Assembly (NCBI RefSeq): GCF_009834535.1 | Contig: NC_045707.1 | Coordinates: 56,360,001-56,424,000, forward strand | Direction of reading: 5' to 3' | Length of the DNA: 64,000 bases | From: Camelus ferus | Lineage: Eukaryota | Shown here: in pieces, positions 25,962-38,450 of the stretch | Layout: every line of letters begins with the position of its first letter | Position numbering within the stretch: position 1 is the first letter of the stretch | Notes under the pieces: model-generated | Database searches by the model: none | The model's input: only the letters and a program-made list of their open reading frames with translations | What the model was told of the DNA's origin: nothing | Made by a program: the position numbers and the translations under genes

Positions 25962-26484
25962 CAGTATGTTGAATCCCAGGAAAACAAAGTAAGGCTCACT
26001 AATGTGAGAAACTACTTCAGAATATTGTGTTAGGCTCTATATTGTATTTTATTTGATAGAGAAGTATTAAAGTATTACTTAGTATTTTGCCTTAATTAAT
26101 ATTCTGTTGATTGCAAACAGAAATCAATTTGAAAGAATTTAGGAAAAATAACAACTTTAAATGTTAGATATTGGGTTATCCAATGGAACTCAAGGGCACC
26201 TAGGGCTCTCAAATCACTAGAGAGAGGATCAGGAAAGCCACCAGGGCTACAATCTACAATCTGTCTCTTTTCTCTGTTTTGCTCTAAACATCTGCCTCAC
26301 TTTTTTTTTTTTTTTTCTCTTTGTAGACTGGCTTCTTCTACTTCTCCATAACCATAGTGGAAAAATGGTTACTCACAGATACCAAGTTTATATCAACATT
26401 GTTTCATCTATCCTAATTGGCTGTCTTCGACCTTCAGTTCCAAACTCTTGATAAAAATGTCCTTTATTAATTTGGCTTTGACAC

Positions 26485-26873
26485 TGTGGTAGATATTCAT
26501 GCTATTTCCCAAGTGTTCATAGCTTTCTTTCCACCTTGCAAGCATGTGATAGGATTGCACGTCTTAGCTCCACTGTAGTTGGGTGAGACCATGTGATGTA
26601 TCCTGGTCAATGAGGTGAGAGCAGTAGTGATGTGTGTCATTTAAATACCAATTAAGAGACTCTAGAGTGTGCTTTTACTCTGCCTTTATGATCTGCTGAA
26701 TTACAGTTAATGGCTACTTCATCGGCTGTAGTTCCTGAATGAAGATACGCCAGATAAGGGTCCCCATACATCCCTCAGTGGAGCAAGAAATAAACCCCTA
26801 TGGTTTTAAATCACTGAGATGTTGAGGTTATTTCTTACCTCACCATAGGTAAGCCTGTCTTGACCAAAATACA
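26485..26873 (+). mobile_element. MLT1I/J-like MaLR LTR
   Basis: tgtggtaga...ccatgtga...agtgatgtgtgtca...gcaagaaataaacc...cactgagat...tgaccaaaataca. Confidence 0.8.
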
Positions 26874-27539
26874 AGTATACCTGGAATTGTATTAGACTTG
26901 CAATATTTTCATCTGGATTTGATCTGTTATTTAAAACTCCTCTCTAAGCCCTTGCTTTGTTTCTGTTTGCCCTGCATTCAAACTATTTTCCTGTCCCTAG
27001 CGCTCAGTACCCATTTTCTTCTGTCATGCTGTGTGGCTGCTACAAGAATTCTCAGGGGATGTATAGACAGGGCATTAAAGTGGACTGGAATAAACAATGG
27101 TTTAGGAATTACAAAACTTACATTCTTTTACCTTATTATCCAGCTATGAACATGTGGAAATTTATAATTTTGAGACTCAGTTTCTTCATATGAAAATGCA
27201 TACATTACACTCTACTTACCTCAATTAAAACGTATAAAGAGGAAAGTACTATATTATAGAAATATAAGTTATTGCCATCTATTCATTTATATACCAATCA
27301 GTCATCTATCTGTCATCTTTATATACATTGCTGAGGTGTGTTTTCCCAAGGTATAGCGGGCATTATTTTAACTAGTTCAGTTACACCAATGAATATGCAA
27401 ATTCATAAAACTTGATAATGACATGTAACAAATGAGTCATGATTCCTTTTAAATAACTGCTTCTAAACCTTTGTTTCCTCAGTATTTCTTAAATTGTGTT
27501 TCAACACAAGCCAAATGATAATACTAGTTACATACTTCA

Positions 27540-28265
27540 AAACAGTATGGATTGCGTCCAGGTAGTGATTGAACTATGCTGTCCATTGGATGCCAGTGGC
27601 AGCACTAAGCTATACCCATGTAGCCATGTTTCTGGTGGCACTGAGGGAATCTCTCAAGCTCGTGCCCTGGTGTGAGACTTGGGAGGGAGAAGCAATGTTC
27701 TTGTCTTCTTTGACTGTTATTCTGTGAGAAACAGTCATGAAGATGTGAGGTCTTTCTGCTGCTGCTTCTCAGGCTTCACTCTCCAACTTCTGGTATTGAA
27801 AGGTACATATATGGAAGCAACAATGGTGGCTTCTGAATCTCAGCATCCTGAAGCCTCTGCAGCTACACCATATGTTCTTGACATTTGTTGTTCGCGTAGT
27901 GGACCGAGAGGTGATAATTCCCTAGTGGGTCAATTCTATCCTGTTCTTCATTTCTGGAGGCCCAGCTCAGAGCTTGCTCCTGTGGTCTTCTCAATGATTC
28001 TGTAAGCCCCTAACCCTTATTTAATTTATTCTTATGTGAAATATCTCCAGCGGTGGTTCTTAAACTTTAGTGTGCCTCAGAGTGACCTGGTGGACTTGTT
28101 AAAACACAGATCACCTGGCTGCACTCCCAGAACTTCTGATTTATTAGGCATAGGGGTAGGATCCAAGAATATCAATGTATAAGAAGTTCTCCAATTGTCA
28201 AACCAGAGACCACACTTTGACATCTAGAGTATTTTCTGTTTCCTACTCAGATCTGTAATGAAATA
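27540..28265 (+). mobile_element. Ancient ERVL-like LTR interrupted by MER5A
   Basis: 3' motifs 'gattctgtaagcccctaa...ctagagtattttctgtttcc' flank the MER5A. The 5' boundary is uncertain. Confidence 0.45.
28051..28222. mobile_element. MER5A hAT-Charlie MITE
   Basis: 'gtggttcttaaactttagtgtgcctcagagtgacctggtggacttgttaaaacacagat...gaccacactttga'. Confidence 0.85.
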
Positions 28266-30714
28266 GACCTTGTCCCTGAGTGTATCAAATAATCCAGGCC
28301 AGTCACAACTGCTTCTCAAAAGTTCAATAACTGGGCTCATTAAGTGTTGCCTCCCAAATGGAGAATATTAATTGGAATTACAACAAAATGTATATTAAGT
28401 AGTGTTAGTACAGATTTGATCACTAGAATGGCTTCTGTTATGTGGAGCATGTAGTTTCATTTTTATGCTTTGGAATAAAGCCTACCTGGGTGATGTTACA
28501 CAGTAACATTATTTTATAATAACATACCCTTTTTTTCACCCCTGTCTGAATATAAGTTCAGCACAGCTAATACTTTTGTTATTATGGAGCTTTTCTATAA
28601 TTCTGTTCTGAAAATAGAAACTTAAAAAGAACTACCATTTACATTTAATTATGATCCTTTTATACTGCATATGTTAGAGAATCCTCTTATTTTTAATTTT
28701 AGCTTAATCATCTATTTAACTTAGTTCAGCTCAATACTTTTTTCATAAAAGATTTTGAGGCCTAAAGATATAAGCATTTAGAGAAAGAGCTGAAGCTAGA
28801 CTCTAAATCTTTAATACTTAGTCCAGTTTTCTTTTCACTACTGCTATCAACTCTGTGGAGTGTGGGCTTCATTGTTACCAATTTTATATGTGTTCAAATC
28901 ACAGAACAATGGAGACTTTTACCCATATTTTAAACAAAAATTTAAAAAATATATTAGTATGAATTACTTGCCAAACCCATGCTAATATTTAATATTTAAC
29001 TATTAACCAGAGATCACTAGCTGCTATCAAGTTTCAAGTTGTTATCTGAATGCTGTTTAAAATATCATTTTATGCTATTTTGAATTCTTCTTTAATTCTT
29101 AGAAATAAGTAATATATTTGGATATTTTCCAATATCTCCTTATGAATTAAGTTCCCTCACTCTATAATCATGTTATTTAATCAAAAATTAACTTCCTGAC
29201 AGAGTGGCTTGTTAAGGATTTGCTAATTCTGACTTTCTTCTCTGAAATTTAATTGAACTCAGCAGTCAATAGCTCCTCTCCCCAGGTCTCAGATAACAAA
29301 ATACATTTTGTTTCTTTCTTTTTTTCCTCCAGATTTATCATTTCTCAAACTTTGAACATTCTTCTTTAAAAATTACCTTCTTTTTTTTTTTTTAACAAAG
29401 AAGCAATTAAAAAAATAAACAAATAATTATTATTTGATTATTCTTGAGGCTTTGCTGTTTTTCAATTTTGGGTCATTTTCAATCTCTTTTAATATGCTTT
29501 TGCATCTGTTTAAATATATATCAGCCTAGAATTTTCTAATGCAGTCCAGTGTCTTGGGCAACTCAAAGACATTTGGTTTGTTCTCATCTCTGTTGTCAGT
29601 TCTGTCCATGGAAAGTATCCTTCCAAATTGATGTAGGCTACTTCATATGTTGCAGAAAAACAGTGAAAGAATCTCATGGAGTTGTGAAATGCTTTAAAAA
29701 CTTCAGTTGCATGTTTAAGATCTAATCTCATTTAATGAAGTTTGAAGAGATAAAAACACATCTCTGCAAAATAACTTCTGATTTAGGTTTGATTAGGTGA
29801 TTGATGATTGTCAAAGCTGGGTGATGGTACAAAGGGTTTACTATACCAATATCTCTACATTTACATGATTGTAATTTTCTGAAATAAAAAGCTTTTGAAA
29901 ACAAGATGAACAAGATGTGAAATGATACTTATAAGGATTGTGTGGTAATAGTGCCTAGAGAGGTGTTTAGTGTGTAACACAGATAAATATTTAAGATAAA
30001 AGTGAAAAACAAAACAAATACATTGCTATTGGTATTTATTATGTGCAGCTAGACCACAAGAAAATGGGTTAAAAAAGAAATTTATATGTTAGAGTAGGGA
30101 TAAATTACTTTTTGGTGTTGTCTTTATTTTATACTATTATTTACATCACAAAAACAGATGTTAAGTGGACTTAATTTTTTTTTGTTATGTAGATCTCTTT
30201 TTCATAAAATTCAGTGAAATAAAATTCAAGAAATTAAATTTAGTTCTCATTCTTATTTCCAAGCAACAATTAGTAATGAAGGTCATGTTTTTGCATTTAA
30301 AAATGATTACAGAGTTTTGTAGGACAAATGAGAGCAAACACTGCAAAGTCTGAAAAAATGATGCTATAACTTGTGATGGAGAAGTAATTTTAACTTTTTG
30401 AGTTTAAGATCATGAACCTCTCCCCCAGAAAAACTGGCATAAATGTAACTCAAATATCACAATATTAGAGTTTATGGAGCAAGCCCATAGGGCTCCAGGT
30501 TAAGATCACTTTTCAAACAGAATTTCCATTCTAGTCCTCTAAAACAGGTTACAGATCTATGACTATTAGAAACACCGAGTGTTAAAGGTAAAACTCACCG
30601 TGAAAAATCATGACAAGAACGTATGTAGGCTTAATATCTTTAAAATTAAAAGAGAAAAAAATTATAAGATAAACACTCCACTAGGTAAGTGAGTGATGAC
30701 TCTGACCTTGTAAT

Positions 30715-31125
30715 TTTTGGAGGAGGTCATGGAGAGGGTGTGACCATAGCTTGACCCACAAGCTGGACCCAGGTAACTGGAGGCACCCACAGCTCCCCCC
30801 GTCCTTGGAATGTACATTCTCCCCACCACCCCCACAGTGGGAGCCAGTTTCAAGAATGCAGCCTTGAGAGCGGCGTGTTGTTGAGACCATGTGGACCTTG
30901 TGCCTGACTGAACTGCATTAAGTCCTCTGTATAAACTTTTAAGATTCTGGCAGGTGGAGTGGAGCTGAGATCTGCTTGTGGCACCCTATGTAAGTTTCCC
31001 TGCTTACTAAACCCGCCACCCACCAATCTGGAGTGGCTGCCTCTTTCTTCCATCTCTCCTTGTTCTTTCTGTACCAGGGACCCTTTAGGATCTCACCCGG
31101 GAAGCTCCTGAGGGGGTGAACCACA
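30715..31125 (+). mobile_element. ERVL-type solo LTR
   Basis: Perfect 5-bp TSD GTAAT (30710-30714 / 31126-31130). Ends ...accaca and carries a TATA-like 'gtataaac'. Homologous to 22014-23022. Confidence 0.85.
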
Positions 31126-31179
31126 GTAATAAGTAATTGAAAAAACAGTAAATTAAAGAAATGTGTTTATCCTTTGTAC

Positions 31180-31343
31180 CAAGGCTGGTCTTAGGGTGAA
31201 GTAAGAAAGATGCCTAGGAAGCAAAATATACAGAAGTACTCCTTCTCTGGGTCACACAAGTGCAGCGACTGCCCCTGAGAATGGAGCCTCCTTACATTTT
31301 ACCCTATACACGCCTCACTTGTTTTGCTTTTGTCCCAGTCTTG
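31180..31343. mobile_element. hAT MITE (MER96-like)
   Basis: Terminal inverted repeats caaggctgg.../...ccagtcttg. Internal quasi-palindrome (tagggtgaagtaag / cctcacttg). Partial 8-bp TSD cttt.... Confidence 0.65.
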
Positions 31344-31376
31344 CTTTACATTAATCAAAGAAATTCAAATTACAGC

Positions 31377-31841
31377 TATGATTGGCTGTCTCCTGGATGG
31401 TTCCCTGGGACCCCCTGCTCCTGATGTTCATGCCTTTGTGTGTGGCATTCTGCGTGACCAACAGATTATGTCTGAAGCGATGGTACGTGACAATGTGGCT
31501 TCTGCTTTGCTGTCTCTTCTGGGGGAAACTCACTCTGGAGATGCCAGCTGCCATTTGGTAAGGCTAACCAACCTGCTAGATGCTGAAATCCCAGTGATAG
31601 GAAGCTGATACCTTCTACTAACAGCTATGAAAATGAGCCATTTTGGAAGCAGGTTTTTCAGCCCCAGCCGAGTCTTCAGGTGACTGCAGCCTCACTAAGA
31701 CTTTAATTGCTACCTCATAAGAAACCCTGAGTCAGGACCAATCAGCCCAACTGCTCCTGAATTCCTGACTCACAGAAACTTTGAGATAATAAACACTTAT
31801 TTATCACTGCATTTGTGATGCAACAATAGGTAACTAACACA
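31377..31841 (+). mobile_element. MLT1E/F/G-like MaLR LTR
   Basis: 'agccccagccgagtcttcaggtgactgcagcc...ctgaattcctgactcacagaaactttgagataataaa...caataggtaactaacaca'. Confidence 0.85.
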
Positions 31842-31904
31842 ACAGCAGACTTGACACATTTTATTATTTCTACCTAAAGAAAAAGGAATTCTGCCTGGTA
31901 ATAT

Positions 31905-32150
31905 AGTCTTATCATAGTGGTTAAGAATACAGACTCTGGAGCCAAACTAGGTTTGAATTCTAGATCAGTCACTGATTAGGTGTGTGGCCTTGAAAAAATT
32001 ACTTCACCTATTTGTGTTTTAGTTCTTCATTCATAAAGAGGGAAAATAATAGCACCTATAATACAGGGTTGATGAAAGAATTAAGAAAGTGAATATATGT
32101 AAAGTGTCCATTAAGTAATAAGTATTATAAAAGTGTTTGATATTACTATT
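31905..32150 (+). mobile_element. MIR SINE
   Basis: 'tagtggttaagaatacagactctggagcca...gtgtggccttg...ttacttcacc...aaaataatagcacct...aatatatgtaaagtg'. Confidence 0.9.
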
Positions 32151-33554
32151 TCTAACTATTTTTGCCCATGCTTATTTCTCACATAGATACATGTATTATT
32201 GTTAACAGTGAGTGAAGTGCATCTTTTTTATGTGCAAATATATTTGACTAATGCTTTACACAGTAATGCCTGGTAATAAATGTGCATGGCTTCCAAAAAA
32301 GATGTTTTGTATCTCCAGAGGAGAAGAAATGAGATTTCTCCCACCTTAGTTTTAGGTGGGGAAAACCAATTTCTGAATTACGTAGCCAGGAAAAAAAAAA
32401 ACCCTATTACTCACACTTTATTTGAGTATTTCTTTCTTGCCATATTAGTGGTGCTCCCAGCTTCAGTAGCTGGGGTTAAATTATTGCGTGTCTCCTATAA
32501 TAAAAGACTTAGAAAGGTTTTATTGTCAAATGTTGCATGCCTACAACGTGCAGCTTGTGCTGCCCCATAAATGAATCTCTTGCATCGTATTTGCGTGTGT
32601 GTGCGCGTGTGTGTGTTTGACCTACATGCATTCTTCTCTCTTTAAAGGAATGTTCTTACTGCTCTGCAGACAACATCCAGCCTGAGCTGGAGGTTACCAT
32701 GGTGATGTGGCCATACAGGATGGCTTCAAGACTACATCTTGCTGAGTTGTTTTCAGGGAGAATTGAGGATTGTTGTCTTTTGCTGATAGATTCTACTTAA
32801 ACATGACCCTCCCTGTCATCTCTTTTCTAAGAATAATTAAAGAATTTTGTTGTTGGTGGATGCCCAGGCTGGCTGTTTTCAAAAGTATAAAAGTAGGTAA
32901 CATTCATCTTTACATTTTCCTTTTCTGTGACCTTTTCCCCAGTAACAGCATTCTTCTTTTTCTCTAGGCATTTGATGACCTTATATTACCTCAGGCCTTC
33001 CTAAAAAACAATAAATGAACCTGATAAGCTTATCCATGCTCTGATTTTTTTTAAAAAATCATATCACTTTTTTGATTTGCATTATGTAGACTCACCTCAA
33101 AAGTCATGACTGTAGAGATACTTATTTCAGAAGAAAAAAATACTTATTTTTGGAAACACACGTATGTGTTAGAAATCTCTGCAGTTAGAAATACGCAATT
33201 AGCTCTATATTTTAAAATTACCAGTATGAAATGCAGTTAGCTTTCAAATAATTCCCCAAATACATATACAAGGCAGAACAACCAAATGTGTCTATTTGTG
33301 CCCAAAACAGCAAAGGTTTTCTTCCCCCTCTGTCCAAACACTTAATCCTCCTAAAATGACTTCAATTTTTGTTATTATTTTTCCTAAATTAGCTGAAATA
33401 GCTTTTTTTAGAGTTTCTCAAAATTTTGTTACCAGATGACATATTCAGTTGGGCATCAAAATCTTTTTTAAAAATGCAATTATGTTTTAACAATGAAGAA
33501 AACAAAAAAATAACAATTCTTGCCTATTATCCTGTGAAGTAAATGCATTTGAGC

Positions 33555-34054
33555 TGTGAACAGTAAATACTGCAAACCATATCAGTAAACAAAGAATGCT
33601 GAAACCATCAAGTCATCAGCGGCTGTCCCCTGCCCCACCTCCATGAAGACAAGCCTGCAGCCCAGCCTCTGCAACCATTCACAATGGTGCACTCTGAGGG
33701 GACTCAGATTAAGAAAGGACAGGATACTGGCCCTAGATAGCTAGGTGCTTGTCAAAGGAATGAATTCAATGAGCCCAAATGTTTGCTTCCTCCCATACAA
33801 AGAAAAGCGCTAAATACTTTAACTTGAGATGTCTGGTTTTCTTCAGTTAACAAGTAATCTTTTAATGTTCCCACTACCTGGTCTTTGTTGTAAAGCTCCT
33901 ATATATCCTAGCTCCTCTCCTATCTCTTCAGAGCAGTCCCTCAGAGAGATCTGAGAGGCTGTCATCCCGGGCGAAGGGGTTCGAGTCCTCAGAAATGTCC
34001 GCCAAATAAAACTTAACTCTCAACTTTTAGGCTGTGCGTTTATTTCAGTCAACA
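33555..34054 (+). mobile_element. MER41-like ERV1 solo LTR
   Basis: TG...CA termini, TATA-like 'cctatatat', and AATAAA followed by the MER41-type end 'cttaactctcaacttttaggctgtgcgtttatttcagtcaaca'. Homologous to 35255-35724. No clear TSD. Confidence 0.85.
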
Positions 34055-34394
34055 AGTCTTACACTATTTCTGTCATTCTTTAGCATTTAATATTTGCTGC
34101 CTGGTATTAAACTTTTTATGTGTACAGTTGTACTCCTCATCTAAATTAAAAATGTCTTGATATTAGAGATCATGCCCAATGTTTTGTTGTTTATTCCCAG
34201 ATAGCACTTAATTAGCAATTTAACAAACATTAATTTATTGACAGATTTCCTTAGAAGCAATTGCAGAATGTATGCAAAGTTTCAGGGAAAGTGATTACTT
34301 GTCTTTTAATTTTTTCCCCCCAGAACTATTTTATACTAGCTATTCTTCAAGTTTTAGTGTATTTTTTCTGTCATAAAGAGAGATAATATGTTTG

Positions 34395-35215
34395 TTTATG
34401 CATTTAACAAATTCTTATTGAATACTAGGCTCTGTTCTTTGAGATGCGAATGAAGGTTAGACGTTCCCTACTTTATTATAGAGCTTACACTAACTAGTGG
34501 GAGGAAATAAACAGATTAGCAATTAGGAAAATAATGTCTAAGTCCAATGAATAAAAACAGGCTCATACCACAGAGACTGTGTGGCTACTTTAGAATCAGG
34601 CTGTCTGAGCAGGTGACAATCTGTGAAAATTTAGGAGTACATTGGATTTCAAAGTACAAAGAAGGCCAGTGTAGCTGAAGTGTAAAGGACCAGTGAAGGG
34701 GATGATTAAATAATGTCAAAGAGAAAGAAAAGAACCAGGCGATGGTGTGTTCTTTGTAAACCAGGGTAAAGGATTTGAATTTTCCTTTTAAGTAGAAGGG
34801 GACCCCACTGGAAAGTTTGTAAATATCTAATTTAAAAAGTTGTTAATTCTACGTTATGAAATGGAGAGGATTTGGACAGGGTGTAGTTGGGGTGGAATTA
34901 GGAAGCTAGATCAGGAGTTTTGATTTTTCCTGTTTAAATCTGAAATATTTGTTTGACATCCCTATAAAGATATCAGGTACAAAGTAGATGACTGGGGCTC
35001 CAGAGAGAAGTCAGTGTTGAAGATAGGGTTTTTAGAGCCATGGGGATTTAGATGGTATTTAAAGCCACTGGCTGTATGAGATGAACTAGAAATAGTAATT
35101 TATAAGAATATTGAGATGGTGATTTGAAACAGAGCCTTAAAGCACCCTAATACTTAGAGGTTCAATAGAGGAGAAGGGATCATAAAAAAGGCAGAGTCAC
35201 CAGTGTGGGGAGAGG
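34395..35215 (-). mobile_element. L2 3' region
   Basis: 'catttaacaaattcttattgaa', 'gaaggccagtgtagctg', 'gatcaggagttttg' and 'tagatggtatttaaagccactgg'. Confidence 0.8.
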
Positions 35216-35254
35216 ACAGAGGAAAGAATAAAGTAAGAGGTAAGAGGACAGAAG

Positions 35255-35724
35255 TGTCGACTGAACTAAATGTGCAGCCTAAAAATTAATAAGAGTTGTT
35301 TTATCTGGCGGGAGGAATTGAGCCGCGATGACAGCCTCTCAGATCACTCTGAGGGACTGCTTCGAAGAGGTAGGGGAGGAACTAGGATATATAGGAGCTT
35401 TACAACAAAGACCAGGTAGTTGGAACAATAAAAGATTACTTGTTAGCTAAAGAAAACCAGGCACGTCAAGTTAAAGAATTTAGTGCTTTTCTATGTATGG
35501 GAGGAAGCAAACATTTGGGCTCACTGAATTCATTCCTTTGACAAGCACCTAGGGCCAGTATCCTGTCCTTTCTTATTCTGAGTCCCCTCAGAGGGCACCA
35601 TTGTGAATGGTTGCAGAGGCTGGGCTGCAGGCCTGTTCTCACCGGGTGGTGGCAGCAGCCGCTGATGACTTGATGGTTTCAGCATTCTTTGTTTACTGAT
35701 ATGGTTGCATTATTTTCATTCACA
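35255..35724 (-). mobile_element. MER41-like ERV1 solo LTR
   Basis: Reverse-complement homologue of 33555-34054. Perfect 4-bp TSD GAAG (35251-35254 / 35725-35728). Confidence 0.9.
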
Positions 35725-35839
35725 GAAGAGTAAAGTAAATATGGTAAGAGGACAGAAGCATAGGTACGATAAGATCAGAAAAGTGCACACTGGATTTGGT
35801 GTTATGTAAGACATGGGTAACTTTGATATAAATATCACT

Positions 35840-36090
35840 GGTGAGGGTGAGAAGGGATAAATTGGGATTTTGAGATTTGCAGATACTAACTACTATATGT
35901 AAAATAGATAAGTTTATATTGTATAGCACAGGGAACTATATTCAATATCTTGTAGTAACTTATGGTGAAAGAAAATATGAAAACGAATATATGTGTATTC
36001 CTATATGACTTAAGCATTGTGCTGTACACCAGAAATTGACACAACATTGTAAACTGATTATACTTCAATAAAATATATATATATGTGTAT
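35840..36090 (+). mobile_element. Truncated lineage-specific L1 3' UTR
   Basis: Matches 19440-19680 ('gatttgcagatactaac...gtatagcacagggaactatattcaata...acttcaataaa'). Confidence 0.9.
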
Positions 36091-36224
36091 ATAAAAACAA
36101 CAACATAGGTGGAATGGTGGAGACAAAGGCTGGCTAGGGTGAGTTTACCTATGAAAACCATGAAAAGAATTATCAAATTATAACGTGTCTCATAATATAT
36201 ATAGTGCGTGGTAACAACAATAAT

Positions 36225-36405
36225 AGAATGAAAACACCTACCACTTAATGGGTGTTGGCTTTATGTATGGCATTTGATAAGCACTTTTCATACATTATTT
36301 CACTAAATGCTTTTAACAACACTTTGAAATCTGTATTATTAGCTTCATTTTAGAGACAGGGAATTTGAGATTGAACATTTAAGTGACTTGCTAAGATCAT
36401 GTTGC
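36225..36405 (-). mobile_element. MIR SINE
   Basis: 'taagcacttttcatacattatttcac...tattattagcttcattttagagacagggaatttgag...taagtgacttgctaagatca'. Confidence 0.8.
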
Positions 36406-36622
36406 TTTATTGCAAGCAAAAGATTAGTAGCATCAGCCTTAACCTAAATAATTAAGCGGGCAAAATAATTATTATGTGTATTTATTTTCTATACATCTTT
36501 TCAGTCTGAAACGATGTTTAAGTGGTTGTCTCTATTTAATTTAACTTTGTCAGCAAAAAAAAAATACTAATAATAACTAATGTTGGCAGAAGTGTGAGGA
36601 AATAGACAGTTTTAAACACAGG

Positions 36623-37234
36623 TGAGACAGGAAGGAGGCAGGGCACAGTCATTCAAAGAACACTACAGCAATTAACAAATGGTGAAAGATTCAACCCCCA
36701 GTAGGCCTCGAGGCTCAAATGATGAGACATTTAACTTCTAGCAGAACTTAAGCTTCATTATACGCCCAATGTAATATATTAACATGCTGAATAACATGCC
36801 CACAGGCGCCATGGCAGTCTCAAGGCTAACCACAAAAGGTCAAAGAGTGGGAAATGGCCAACTTCCTGGGAATCCCAGCGCCTTCCCCAGGCTATTTGGA
36901 CTGGTCTTTCCACTTAGCATATGAAGCCACCAAGTCCATAAAAACCAGCAACACGGTGCCTTGTGGCCGCCCCTCTCTCCCTCTTCGGAAACATCCCACA
37001 TTCTGTCTATGGACTGTGTACCTACTTTTAATCTGAGCACCCAACCCCCACACCTCGTGGCCTTTCTCTTGCCTTTCAACGTATCTCTTTGAGTAAATCT
37101 ACCTTCACTCAACTGTGGCTCGCTCTTGAATTCTTTCCTGCGCGAAGCCAAGGACCCACACCTGGCGGGGCACGTCCCAGGGGCTCGACCGCGACCTGGG
37201 ACACGGCCCTCAAGCCCCACGTCCGTCTGCATCA
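36623..37234 (+). mobile_element. ERV1 solo LTR (CpG-retaining, family of 43878-44519)
   Basis: tgagacagg...ctgcatca termini. TSD cagg/cggg. TATA-like 'ccataaaa', AGTAAA poly(A) variant and U5 'cttgaattctttcctg...agccaagg'. Confidence 0.9.
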
Positions 37235-37397
37235 CGGGTAGGAGTCATAAACATTTGTTATGGGGGAATTTTCAGGAGAATCTCTAAAATGTCAGTTGTG
37301 TAAATTTTTTTCTTTTAATAGGATTGGAGAGAAACAATACTATAGACATTGTTTATAAGTGAAGTTTTCCAGTAGTTACCAAACTCTTCTCTAAGGT

Positions 37398-37560
37398 AGA
37401 GGTTCTCACTCAGGCTACACATGAGAAATTCCTGGGTAACTTTTAGAAAATATCCCCAACCAATCATATGAAAAATCTCTGGGAATGGGGCCTAGACATT
37501 GCTAATTAAAAAAATTGTTCCCCGTGGAACCTAATATATACCAGATGGAGATCCCTTCTA
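37398..37560. mobile_element. MER5-like MITE
   Basis: 'aggttctcac...ggctacacatgagaaattcctggg...aatctctgggaatggggcctagacatt'. Confidence 0.6.
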
Positions 37561-38198
37561 TAAGTACTTAAGTGAAAACAAATAGTATCTTCACTTTTCC
37601 TAATAGGAAGAGAAAATAACAAATCTAAAGTCCATTCTTGAGTCTCTATCTTTCAGGAAAATCACCAACCTACCTTACTTAATGGAGAGAAAAGGATTTA
37701 TCTCATAGCTAAGCTTGTTTAATGAGATTTTGCTTGAGCAGAAGCCTAAAGGGAATAAGGCTGGGGATGCTGGCTAGATTTCCTCAGCAGCATCAGTCTC
37801 CGTCCAGGAAAAATAATAATGGATCAGAGCACCTCTTCTCCTTTTTTCTTATTTGCCTTCTAATGTCTCTGGAGCTCAGGAAACTTCAGAGGAGTGGTCT
37901 CCTACCTTCATTCAGAAATCTGAAATCAGAGTGGTCATGTTCAAATTTAGGTACATTATGCTTAATTTGGGCTAAAGGACAGGTCGAAGACATTTGATTT
38001 AGCTTTGTTTTTCTATGACTTGAAATCTCCTTTTCATTGCTCTGTAAGAATCAAAGTACGATCCATCCAGGAGAGGGAGGATGATTGAATTATGGCAGAC
38101 TCCAAAACAATATTTTTACAGCTTGTTTGTAGACAGTTTGGTGATATTGATTTTAAAAACGTTGGTATCTTTTATGCCAGCATTTCCATATACTGGAG

Positions 38199-38450
38199 TG
38201 TATGGTATATGGTTTCCAAATATAGCTGTCTATACTTTCTCCCTTCTGTGTACACATATAGACTCCAAGAAATGGGGGTTATTTTCTCTCTCCTTGAATG
38301 TGGGCTGGACTGTGACTTACTTAGACCAACAGAATGCAGTGGAAGTGACATTCTAGGATTTTCACCTTAAATCTTGAGAGATACTGCAGCTTCCATTTCC
38401 TGTTCTTGTATCTCAGCAGACATGATGTAAAGAAGTTCAGGCTAGATCAT
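38199..38450 (+). mobile_element. MLT1H-like LTR 5' fragment
   Basis: 'ccttgaatgtgggctggactgtgacttacttagaccaacagaatgcagtggaagtgac'. Confidence 0.75.

Noticed and set aside
29510..29780. Coding exon or processed pseudogene on the minus strand
   Set aside because: The three minus-strand frames give no recognisable protein and contain stops. It cannot be supported without a search.
33555..35724. Interferon-gamma (GAS) enhancer in the MER41-like LTRs
   Set aside because: I found no TTCNNNGAA motif in either copy by eye.
37040..37240. CpG-island promoter
   Set aside because: The CpG-rich patch is short and entirely inside the R/U5 of a young LTR.
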